A stretch of 64,000 nt of DNA from Epithemia pelagica (Eukaryota; Protista; Bacillariophyta). This document shows positions 21,954-32,481 of the stretch, one piece after another. Under the pieces are notes generated by a model that was not told the origin of the DNA, did no database searches, and saw only the letters and a program-made list of their open reading frames with translations. Made by a program: the position numbers and the translations under genes. Every line of letters starts with the position of its first letter. Position 1 is the stretch's first letter. Location: contig OX337238.1 of assembly GCA_946965045.2 (NCBI GenBank), positions 3,162,001 through 3,226,000 on the forward strand, written 5' to 3'.

Positions 21954-23496
21954 ATGCCTCCCGACTACCGCCCCCTCGTCGTCCCTCACAAACTCGGACT
22001 TTGGTTTCTACGACCACGATCCAAACGCGACTCAGTCGGCAGACGCACAACAAGAAACCTCCACGTCGTTGCAAGTTGCAAGTTGCACACCAAGGCTTTT
22101 TACGCATGCAGTGGTGTCGTCTACATCGTCTTGTCTGCGTTTGTTGTCGGCTGTTTGTTTCTCTCGCTCTGTGGATATACGAGAGACCTCAAACGTTGGC
22201 TGTGTTTGGACAAATTGTGCTACATCTTCACCTTCACCACACCACCAACCATCACCATGAGCCTGTTTCCCGATGACGTGACGGATTTCTTGACCATTGT
22301 CGGGCTTGTGGTGCACCAATTCATACCGGCCCGACGCATCCAAAGCATCGGCAACACTGCGGATGCCAACGCGCCGCAGCCACACTGCTATTTGCTTCAT
22401 TCCAAACATGACGATACCAATAACAACAACAAACGAGGTACAACACGATGTAGACTTTCTACGCGAGCGTTTGCAGGATCGTCAACCGTTTGAGACGCAT
22501 CGGTTGCGGTCCCTCTATATGTCGCTCTTGTTGGGTTTGCAAGAGACGGAAGCAATGGATCTCAAACGCATGATGGAGGCATCCATGGCCACCATTGACA
22601 CCAACAATGATGGCATGATTGACGCGCTGGAAATGGAACACTTGCATCTGCCTCGTGAAACGGAAGAATTCTTGTTTGATGACGTTGTGGACTGTACTAC
22701 GACTGCGACCAACGAACCACAACAACAACAACAACAAGACGAAGAAGAAGACTGTGTGACGGCCGCCAATGTCGTGGACTTTCTCAACCTGTTTTATGGA
22801 GGTACCAAGCTCGTCAGAGACGACTTGGCCCTGCTAATTGCGCAAGCGGGCGGCACCGATGCTTGTTTGACTCGATGGGGATTCGAACAGGCCTTTGGCG
22901 TGGCAGAACCGTCGGTGGCGGCTGGAGTTCGTGTAGTGGATGCCTCGTTGTGTGATGGTGGAGCCGTGCCATTGGTTGCCGTGCTGACCATGTTGGTGTC
23001 ACTCGTCGTCATCGTGTTATTGGTTGGATTGCCTCTTTTTATTCTCCACTATTACTCACAAAGTGAACACCTATCTGGTTGGAAACGATGCTTCTTGAGC
23101 AAAGAATGTCGGAAGAACGACACCAGGAGGTTGTCGTATAGGCAACATCTACCGTACGTTGGGTTCTGTACATATGCGACTACTGCACCGGTCCGATTGC
23201 GAGCGAACGCGGTTTGGAGTGTGGATACGTTAATTCAGTCGCACTCGCGCGCCAGAAAAAAGTCATTCTCGTACATTGCGACTGAAACATTTTTGCTACG
23301 GATCCAAATGCTACGGGCTGAAAGTTGCACCAGGAGTAAACATTGTTACGCAGGTTTCCTTTCCGGTCTCCCTCTTCTCATAAAATCGCAAACACGACAA
23401 GTTCGAAACCATTCGGCAAACATGTGCACATTCGAGTCCCTTTCCGTAGTTCTTTTCTTCTTGTTGTTGTCGTTGCCTTCTTCGAATGGCCTTTAA
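21954..23496 (+). pseudogene. EF-hand membrane protein family, copy 2 (apparent +1 frameshift near 22430, no own stop)
   Basis: Canonical EF-hand loop DTNNDGMIDALE and a C-terminal TM segment. The upstream PHCYLLHSK block (homologous to copy 3 TCYLLESK) is in another frame, with the shift inside aacaacaacaaacgag. Could be an assembly indel. Confidence 0.6.
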
Positions 23497-24471
23497 CGAG
23501 GGTCCTCGTCATCATTCTCCGCCATGCCAAAAAGTTTTGAAATAAGGGCGCGTCATTTGAGCACAGAAGAGTTAACCGAAAGAAGCATGAAGGGCGCCTC
23601 GTCCTCCATTTCCAAGGCTGTTCCCCGCAAGCTTTTTGGTATGATAGACAAGAACGAGCGCTGTACTACCGACGCGATTGTGATTACTGAGTGTGAGACT
23701 GCATTGGAAGCTGACAATTCGTTGTATATTTTGGAGGACGATTTGGTGTGCAATGTCGAAGATGCAGGCCTTGGACTTGATATAACTGGCACAGGTATCA
23801 CACTGGATTGCAATGGAAAAGCACTTACTGGTTTTGTGCCAGCCGATTTCAGGTTTTCTTTCTTTGACGGAATTCGGATTCGTAATGATAACATTGTTAT
23901 CAGAAACTGCGAAATCACCGGATTTGATGATGGAATCAAGGTGGGGCAAGACAATGCTAAAGTCAGCAATATCTTGCTGCAAAATATTGATTCTCACCAC
24001 AATCGTTTCGACGGTCTGGAAGTAGAAAGTTTTCGTGGAGTATTCTCGGACATCACAGTCTTCGATTCAAAATTCAACGACAACAGGGAGAATGGATTTA
24101 AAGTAAACAGGGAAATTAGGAGGGTTGCAAATTTGGTTATGTCTGGAGTTGAAGCAAACAGGAATGGTCATTCTGGATTTGTTTTGGGGGGTTTCATTGA
24201 GACTGGACGTTTGGTTGGTGTCGAAGCCAACAACAATGGAAGCGCTGATGTCGCTGAAACTCCCGGAAAAAGAACTGGCATTACAATTGAGGGGGTTGAG
24301 GGGATGGAAGATGGTGATACGAATTTTGTGATCCAAGATTCCAGGGCATGTGGCAATGGAGATGAAAGTAATGACCTGGATATTAGGGATCCTTTCAATG
24401 CTGCTACCTTTCAGGCAATGTCATGCACAAACGACGATGGCAAGGGAATTTGTGCCTGCGATTGTTCATAG
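23422..24471 (+). CDS. Beta-helix protein copy 2, with an in-frame TAA at 23494-23496 after the signal peptide
   Basis: MCTFESLSVVLFFLLLSLPSSNGL*RGSSSS where paralogs read NGLLRG. The rest (ATG 23524, 315 aa) is intact and in the same frame. Confidence 0.75.
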
Positions 24472-24758
24472 CCTTTACTACGGTAGTATCGATTTGGGGT
24501 TGACCGTCTGGGTAAACTAATCACTTTAGTAGCAGCCCGCTTATGCTTGATTGTGCTGCAACAGGAAAATAAAAACCACTGTTGTCGACGGCACATCGTG
24601 ATTCGAGAACCAGTGGTATAGGGAGGTAACTATTGTTGTAAGACTCTCTTGAACGCTTCCACAGTTTGGGATTGAGTTTGGATTTTGAGATTTGCACAGA
24701 GCTTGGAGTTGAGGTGGGAACCAGATTATGGCGGAGTTCGGAGATCTGTGATGACAAA

Positions 24759-25113
24759 GTGCACAGAGCCTGGAGTAAAGGTGGGTACCATGGCCCGTGG
24801 TGACGTCATGTCGAAAGGAGAAAGAAAGTGGCCACGTCAGATCACTCCCGAAACGACACTATGGACTGAACTGTAGGAATCGAGTCGCACATGACCCCGT
24901 GCCAATCATGAGAAGGAGGATGTAATGGAGGTGGGTACCAGATTATGGCAGACTACGAGTGCACAGAGCTTGGAGTAAAGGTGCCCACGATGACGTCATG
25001 TAGAAAGGAGAAAGAAAGTGGCCACGTCAGATCACTCCCGAAGCGGCACTATGGACTGAAATGTAGGCATCGAGTCGCACATGACCCCGTGCCAATCACG
25101 AGAAGGAGGATGT
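24759..25113 (+). promoter_or_regulatory. Duplicated peroxiredoxin promoter module with bZIP-type sites
   Basis: Two copies about 190 bp apart, each with TGACGTCA (24801, 24991) and CCACGTCA (24832, 25022); a third copy at 20449/20480. Confidence 0.55.
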
Positions 25114-25284
25114 GTACGCACGAAGTTGGTCCGTACGTACGTACCAACCAAAACCATTGTCACAAAAAGTCTTGAGAGATTCATCTGTTGCGTGTGAGCC
25201 ACATCACTCTGTCAGACCAATAGATCCAAACACTGGATCCCATTCCCTTGCAGCCACTCCTTTTCATTCCACCAATAGAAGACG

Positions 25285-26142
25285 ATGATGTTCAAGACCT
25301 TGATTGTTTCCTTGGCTGTTGCCTCCAAGTCGAGTTTTGCCTTTCAGCCTTTGACTGCCGTTCGTGCGAGTTCGGCCTTGGCGTCGGCCGCCGTCGAAAA
25401 ATCGTATTCCATGGACTTGAAACCAGAATGGACGACGCCGAAGCAAGAAGGCGATGCCGTTCCGGAAATGACCTTTGTCACTCGTGTCCGTATCGAAAGT
25501 GAAGATGAAAACCCCTTTGATTGGAAGGATGTGCCCAGCAAGGACATTTTTGCCGGCAAGCGCGTCGTCGTCTTTGGCTTGCCCGGAGCCTTTACCCCCA
25601 CGTGCAGTTCCACCCATGTGCCTGGATACGATGCTCTGTACGAAGAAATCAAGGCCACGGGCATTGATGAAATTTACTGTATGTGTCTACTGTGTGTTGT
25701 GTTTGTCGGTGTCTCGTGGCAGCCAAGATGAAATACTCACTAACGTGTTGTTTCTTTGTTTGTTTGTGCCTCGTGTTTATTGTTCTTGTTGTTTGTTTGT
25801 TGGATTTCATTAGGCTTGTCGGTGAACGACGCCTTTGTGATGCGTCAATGGGGCTTGAAATTGGGTTTGGAAGAAGACAAGACGATTGGTGCCAATGGCT
25901 TTACCAAGACCAAATTGTTGCCGGACGGTGCCGCCCACTTTACGCGTGGCATGGGCATGAGTTGTGTCTGGGAATCGGAGCGGGGCTTTGGCGAACGATC
26001 CTGGCGCTACAGCATGGTCGTGAAGGATGGTACGATTGAAAAATTGTTTTGCGAACCGGACCGTGTCCAAAACTCGGGACCTGATCCCTTTGAAGTCAGT
26101 GATGCCAACACCATGTTGGAATACCTCAAGTCGGCCAACTAA
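25285..26142 (+). CDS. Type II (Prx5-like) peroxiredoxin with bipartite plastid-targeting presequence, 2 exons (25285-25678, 25814-26142), 240 aa
   Basis: Signal peptide plus ASAFAP-like SFA|FQP and an Ala/Ser-rich transit peptide; FGLPGAFTPTCSS active site; GT-AG intron 25679-25813 joins YC|LSVNDAF in frame. Confidence 0.92.
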
Positions 26143-26764
26143 ACAACTTTTGATTGACATACACAGTATTTGCACTCGTTCTTGTAAAAAGCACAACCGA
26201 ACTGGATGGCTCGTGAGTATCCAGTTTCGTGGCCGACCTAACTAAATACGTTGGTAGTAAATAGAAATGTTTTCGAATGGGCATGTTTGGTAGACTCGTT
26301 CCCGGGTTTTTCTACAGAATCGTCGTTTTGAGAATGGATGAATGCTCCGGAGAAAAAGAGCGAGCGCACAACCATGGTGCGAAGGTGTCGTAATATGGCA
26401 TGGTAGATAGTATTTGCACGCTGAACGTGCTAAAACAGCAGCAGGTAGTTGTACTCGTTCTTGGGTTCTTGGTATCCTCCAGGAGCCATTGGATCGATCC
26501 GATCGCAATAATGCCTGAATGAAACAATAAAAATGATCTACGGACAGGATTGCGTCACAGCATGGTCGGCTGGACGTCACATTCGGAAGCCAAAACTTTT
26601 CCGCACGTCATTCGGAACCACATCGTGGCGACCACGAAAATCCGACTCAGAAAACGAAAAAGAGTAGGTTTCTAGGTAGCAGAGCACGACAATGGCAACG
26701 ATAGAAACACCAGCAAGTAACACTCGTTTCTGCCCGTGGCGAGCACACGCCGACGGCCGTCACC

Positions 26765-27055
26765 AAATTGACAAAGAGGACAGTCACAATGCCAACGAAT
26801 TGGCTCGTCATACTTGTGGTGGTTTTGTTGTTGGCAAGCCAAACGTCGCTGTGTGTGTTTGTCGACAAACTGTTCGATCTGCGGCCAACAACCAAAGCGG
26901 CAGCGAGAACAATGAGAGCGAGTTGCGTGTTCGACCTTATCTTGACGACGTGGATCTCTCTTCCCCGTAGGGAAGACTGCTATTTTCTTAGAACGCACAG
27001 TCATCGGTGGTCGCCTTTACGGTTCCGAATGACGTTCCTCTCTGCTTCCGAATGT
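26765..27055 (+). repeat. Diverged direct duplication, partner ~30455-30790
   Basis: Shared blocks aaagaggacagtcacaatg, gaacgcac.gtca and ggttccga..tgacgttc..tgcttccgaa occur in the same order at both sites. Confidence 0.55.
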
Positions 27056-27481
27056 GGTGTCTTGGAGCGACAATGGTCCGTACACCAGACACAACGCCAT
27101 GTTGTTCCGTAGTAATATAGAACCGACATGTTGTTCTCACCACACCACCTCTCGTCATGGACAATGCCTCTATGTGACGAGTCCAGCACTGATTGCTTCT
27201 ATAGTTGTAAGTAGTGCTACATCATACTATTCGAAACCTGTCCATCGCGTTTAGTGCTGGCCGCTGTCACGCAGTGCTTCGACTCCTCGACCAAGGTTTC
27301 TTGCCGTGTGCGTGTCGTCAGTCTTGGAGCAAGTGGTTCCCGTCATCAAAGCCGAAATCAAATTGAAAGAATAGTACTCACATTACACCAGTGGAATGTG
27401 TTCCACTTTCTCGATCATGAGGCTGCTAATAGAGTAGTTTACCCATGTTTGCAATCCAAACTCTTTATTCCAGCTTAGAGG

Positions 27482-28564
27482 TTATGAACAATCGCAGGAA
27501 CAAATTTCCTTGCCATTGGTGGTTTCGCATGAAATTGCTTGGAAGGTAGCACCACTAAATTGATCCACGATACCCAGTCTACTACTCCGTGTTTCTCCAT
27601 TATCGCATGCCCTCGAATCTTGGATAACAAGATTGCTGTTGGTGTCCCCAAACTTCCCAATCCTAATGCCAACTCTTGCGATAAAAGCGTCATTACTTCC
27701 GTTGTTGTTGGCTTCGACATCAACCAAACGCCCAGTCGTTATGAAATCCAAAACAAATCCAGAATCACCATTCTTGTTTGCTTCAACTCCAGACATAATG
27801 AGATTTTTAACCTCCCCATCCCCACGAGTATTTATATTAGCTCCATCGCGTCCATTCTCGTTGAATTTGGAATCAAAGACTGTGATGTCTGCCACTTCAT
27901 ACTGAATATTTGAAGTGTCTTCCACCAGACCGAGGGCCAATTCTAAAAATAGAATTGAAGAAATGTCAAAGTCCAGGCCGTTGGCACTATTGTGGTGAGA
28001 ATCAAAATTTTGCAACAAAATATTGCTCGTGACAGTACCGGCTTGTCCCAGCACGATTCCACTTGAAAAACTAGTAATATCGCAGTTTCTGACAACAATG
28101 TTATCACCACGAATCATAATTCCAACCACGGAAAACGGAAAATCGGCTGCCGCAACACCTGCTATTGTCTTTCCATTGCAATCCAGTGTGATACCTGTGC
28201 CAGCAATAGAAAGTCCATATACATCTTTCTCATCGCAATTCAAATTGTCCTCCAATATGTACAAAGAATTGTCAGCATCCAATATCGTACCACACTCAGT
28301 AATCACAATCGCGTCTGTAGTACAGCGCTCCTTGTTGTCCATCATACCAAAAAGCTTGCGAGGAACAGCCTTGGAAATGGAGGACGATGCTCCCTTCATC
28401 CTTCCTTGAGCAAAGTGTATTGTGCTTATTTCACGCGCCTTTGTTTCAGCATTTTTTGGCATGGTGGAGGATGATGACGACGTCCCTCGCAAAAGGCCAT
28501 TTGAAAAAGGCAAAGACAGGAACAACAAGAAAAGAGCCACAGTACGGGACTTGAGTGTGCACAT
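27482..28564 (-). CDS. Beta-helix protein copy 3 (inverted orientation), 360 aa
   Basis: ATG 28564: MCTLKSRTVALFLLFLSLPFSNGLLRG...PRKLFG...GITLDCNGKTIAG...CETTNGKEICSCDCS; extra segment ISSILFLELALGLVEDTSNIQYE. Confidence 0.8.
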   Translation of the reverse strand: MCTLKSRTVALFLLFLSLPFSNGLLRGTSSSSSTMPKNAETKAREISTIHFAQGRMKGASSSISKAVPRKLFGMMDNKERCTTDAIVITECGTILDADNSLYILEDNLNCDEKDVYGLSIAGTGITLDCNGKTIAGVAAADFPFSVVGIMIRGDNIVVRNCDITSFSSGIVLGQAGTVTSNILLQNFDSHHNSANGLDFDISSILFLELALGLVEDTSNIQYEVADITVFDSKFNENGRDGANINTRGDGEVKNLIMSGVEANKNGDSGFVLDFITTGRLVDVEANNNGSNDAFIARVGIRIGKFGDTNSNLVIQDSRACDNGETRSSRLGIVDQFSGATFQAISCETTNGKEICSCDCS

Positions 28565-30852
28565 GTTTGTCTCTTGTTTTCGAACCCTGTGTCGTGTTTG
28601 CGATTTTATGAGCAGAAAGAGACCATTGATGATATAATGGCTACAGGAGAGGAAACCGTAACAACTTCTCCTTCTCCTTTTTTTTGCGAGCATGAACAAG
28701 ATTTGTACTCGTAGCAACATTGCACATTGCCCGTTACAACTAGGTATTGCGCAGCACATAGGAGTAATAATTTTGATCCGTGTCAAAAAGGAATTTGTTA
28801 CGGCTTCTATAATATTTATCAGTCGCAAAAAGACATGGCGCGCGAATGTGACTGAATTTGTGAATGTGACTGCGACTGCAAGTGGCTCAGATCATACGCA
28901 ATATGCAGACATCCCATTCTCGCGGATGGGTCGCATTCTGAACAGGACACAAACATGACACTGAAACCGCAAGAAAGTTATGGGTCATTGGCGAAATGGT
29001 CGTGACACGAACCTTCCAATGTCGGAACAAACCGTCTTGTCCTTGCAACAGCAACAAGCACAGCCACAAGACGACGACCATCCGAGTAGCTTCATTCATG
29101 ATGGTTCCGGATTCAGTCATCTGGCCGAATAGTAAGAAGCATTGAGATGGCTGTCTTCTTGTGGCACTCTCGTGCTGGTCGAGCGTCGGTATCTGGAAAT
29201 GAACCAGATGGGCAAGACGATTTTTTCTGTTGGCCGTTTTCTTGTGGCACTCTCGTGCTGGTCTATCGTCGGTAGCTGCCATAGAAACAGATGGGCAAGA
29301 CGATTTTTTTCTGTAATTCTACTTGTGGCTTCGTGGAAGAGGACAAACCACGCGCCATGTAAACTGATTGGTGAAAGCTGTAGTCTATTCCACGCTGTCT
29401 CGCATTCATGACTACCAAAGAGATATTGAGACGACAACAAAGACACCCGCATGCCAATTGCCCGCTTCTTGCCGAGTTCTTCTCACGGCGAACAATTTGT
29501 CCCATCCACTGGACCTACAGAGGCAAAAAGTTATTCGCAGAAAAGTGCACGACAACTACAGGACTCATGCTATAAGTGGGAATTGAATCATACTGAAAAC
29601 AACGAGAACTGGATTGATAATTGATAACACAGAGCAAAACTGATCAACGCCACCAGCACCCAAGGACGTGTATCCTTCATCCCATTTTCGCCTCATGGTA
29701 TTTCTCTTTGCCAATATTCGCCAGCCCTCCACAGACGCATCCCCGACAGTGCTGTTGTTGTCGCATCCAAGTGTTTGCCATATCCAGCTTGGGTACTTGA
29801 CATTGAGTCACCATCTTCTCTTTTTGCCCACCAGACACCATATTCCCACTCCATGATGGTGAAACAAAATCAGCAAGCAACAAGAAACCATGGCAGCCTA
29901 AACCCGAGCTGTTGGATCCATCCACCATCACTCCATGATGGTGAACTGTGGTGGTGTCTTCATGGGGATGTTTTCACTTACTTGTGTCCTGTGGCCCCGG
30001 TCGCTCCATTGTGCGTCTGTGTGTGATGGTGTTGTTATTGCCTTTGTCGTCGAGTTGCCCCCGTCAGTTCTTCCCCAACATCAGCGTGTTGCTTTCTTGC
30101 AAAGGAAATTTGAGCTCAAATGCTTTCAAATTCATCTGGTGTTTGGCATAGTTCCTCCGTCTAGTTTCGTTCTGTTGGACCGTGCAACGGTCGGTGGTGG
30201 CTTCGTCTGGTTTCTTTCCTGCTGGACCATGTAACGAGGGTTTCTGTGTTCTCCCGATTCATTTCTGTATGCGTAAAAGCCGAGGCGAATTTTTCTCGTG
30301 GATGACCAAAAGTGTCCACCATCTATACTGTTTCAGACCTGCGAGGGCATTTCTCATCGTACAAGAGGACCTCCCTGTCCCTGAGCGTCTCCTTTCTCGA
30401 TTCTTTGTCTAAATCATTAATCTCTTTCTTGCTTGGGTCGTTTTGCTGAAAAATGAGAAAGAGGACAGTCACAATGTCCGAGAATGAGGGTGCATCAAAG
30501 CTGTGTAGTGTTGGTGGTGTCGGAGCGATAGAGATAGACGATCAACTTGGCTCGAATAGCAGACTTTTTGTTGACAAACAAAACGTCGGTGTGTGTTTGT
30601 GTGTCAATGAACTGTCCGATAGCATCATCAATTATAGTAGAACAACGACACGAATAAGCCGGTTCCTTTTGCTCCCGCCTTTCTAGGTAGTTGCGTACTC
30701 CAACTTATCGTGACTCTCTCGGAACGCACTGTCAGTAGTCGCCGTTATGGTTCCGAGTGTGACGTTCTTCTCATTTTTTGCTTCCGAACGAGCATCTAGT
30801 AGGTGAGTGTTTGGGTTTTGGAGCGACCACTTGTTGGTTCGGGCCATTCAAG

Positions 30853-31755
30853 TTACAACGACGACGCCGACGACAATGAGGACGACAAGAGGGTTTGTTC
30901 CCACGGTGTAAAGGTTCGTGTCACAATCAATTTAGCAATGACCCATGTTGGAGTGCTGTCCTCGTTGTTGTCATCCTTGTCGTCCTTTCGGACCATGCCA
31001 AACCGGGTTTGTCCTTCGACGTACATGGGTTGGGGCGGCGAGGGTGGCGCAATCCCACACGAGGTTCCACTCCAAGTACCGCGTTCGTACCAATGGGCCA
31101 ATACCCAATAGCATTCCTCTTCCTGTTCCTCTTCTTTGTTCGTGGTTTTTGATTGGAGTCGCAGGGCCGTGGGTGGCAGATAAAAATCCACGACCACGTC
31201 GGGATGGGCTTGACAAAATTCGAGGCATCGTTCCACCAAGGTTTCGGCCGAAACCGTCTTGGCCGCGGCTGGATCTAATGACGAGGAAAGTGCACAGACA
31301 TCTCGAATAGTGGCCGTCGTCCCAAAACAGGACCGAATTTGGGTCGCATTCTTGTTTGTAACACCTTGAAAATATTGCCTCACAACGTGTTCCATGTCAT
31401 CGAAATCAGAGTCAAGTAGAGCCAACGCAGAAGAAGATGACGACGACGACGAGTCATGTGTAGCCTGCAGCATGGGGTTCCTTCTCCTGTTTGAAAAGGA
31501 GGAGTAGGGGCGCCACCACGACGACGTGGTGGTTGGCCCGAACGAGGAAAAGGCTACCCTGTTGTTGGACAAACGGACTTGTGGTTGTCGTTGTTGTTGA
31601 ATCCTGGTTGACAGTCGTCGTCGTCTGGAGCATGTTGTTGGTGGTGAAAATGCCACTGAATGCACAACCGAGTGATACTCATTCGTCGTCGTAACAGTAG
31701 CAGCAGTGGATCCCACCAACAAAAACCACAACAGCAAGAAAAGACGTGAAGCCAT
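30853..31755 (-). CDS. SnoaL/NTF2-like domain protein, probably plastid-targeted
   Basis: Signal peptide MASRLFLLLWFLLVG..., AFSPP, Arg/Ser-rich transit region; domain VVRQYFQGVTNKNATQIRSCF...AHWYERGTWSG...YVEGQTRF...IAKLIVTRTF. Confidence 0.65.
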   Translation of the reverse strand: MASRLFLLLWFLLVGSTAATVTTTNEYHSVVHSVAFSPPTTCSRRRRLSTRIQQQRQPQVRLSNNRVAFSSFGPTTTSSWWRPYSSFSNRRRNPMLQATHDSSSSSSSSALALLDSDFDDMEHVVRQYFQGVTNKNATQIRSCFGTTATIRDVCALSSSLDPAAAKTVSAETLVERCLEFCQAHPDVVVDFYLPPTALRLQSKTTNKEEEQEEECYWVLAHWYERGTWSGTSCGIAPPSPPQPMYVEGQTRFGMVRKDDKDDNNEDSTPTWVIAKLIVTRTFTPWEQTLLSSSLSSASSL

Positions 31756-32332
31756 GATGGGAATGGTGGTGGTTGTCATCCTCATGGTGAACAAACTCCA
31801 ATCTGTGCGCAAGAATATCTCCGGTAGAGGGTAGAGGCCACAGCCACATCTCAATGGATCTGGTTCCGAATGTGACGCATGTACTATTGACAAAGAGCTA
31901 GCGACGCTAGCTCTTTGTTGTTGGTACAGCGAACGAACATCCTTGATGATTAATCCTAGGAGTACTAGGAGTAGTATCACGGAACACGGAACATTATTCC
32001 AATATCTCCAGGTGTTGTTTCTTCTCTTTTCAAATACTATTTAGGTAATAATAGGACACTCTCATGGTTCCTCCCACTTGTGACGTCCTCTATACTTCTT
32101 GGGATCGATGCTCTACCTAGTGTCTATCTACATTCCTGGGTGGCATCTGGCATAGTATCCATAGCTAAAAGACGCTTCGCACCACGGAACGCCGGCGCGA
32201 TCGTCGGACATCCGGTAGGCGCGCTCCTCATTCTCTCGACAAAACGAAGGGGGGGGGGTGCTCATCGTCCGTGGAAAGTTGAAATTCCTTTTGGGGGGAG
32301 TGTATCTTTGGTTTGCTTCTCCACAGAGATCT

Positions 32333-32372
<40 letters not shown>

Positions 32373-32481
32373 CTTGTCTCTCAAGGCGAACCATTCTCTT
32401 TCGGAAGAGCAACCAGAGCACTATCTTCAATTCGCAATCCTCCATCGAGTCACAAAGTGAGTAGTTGCTAGTAGTTGCACT

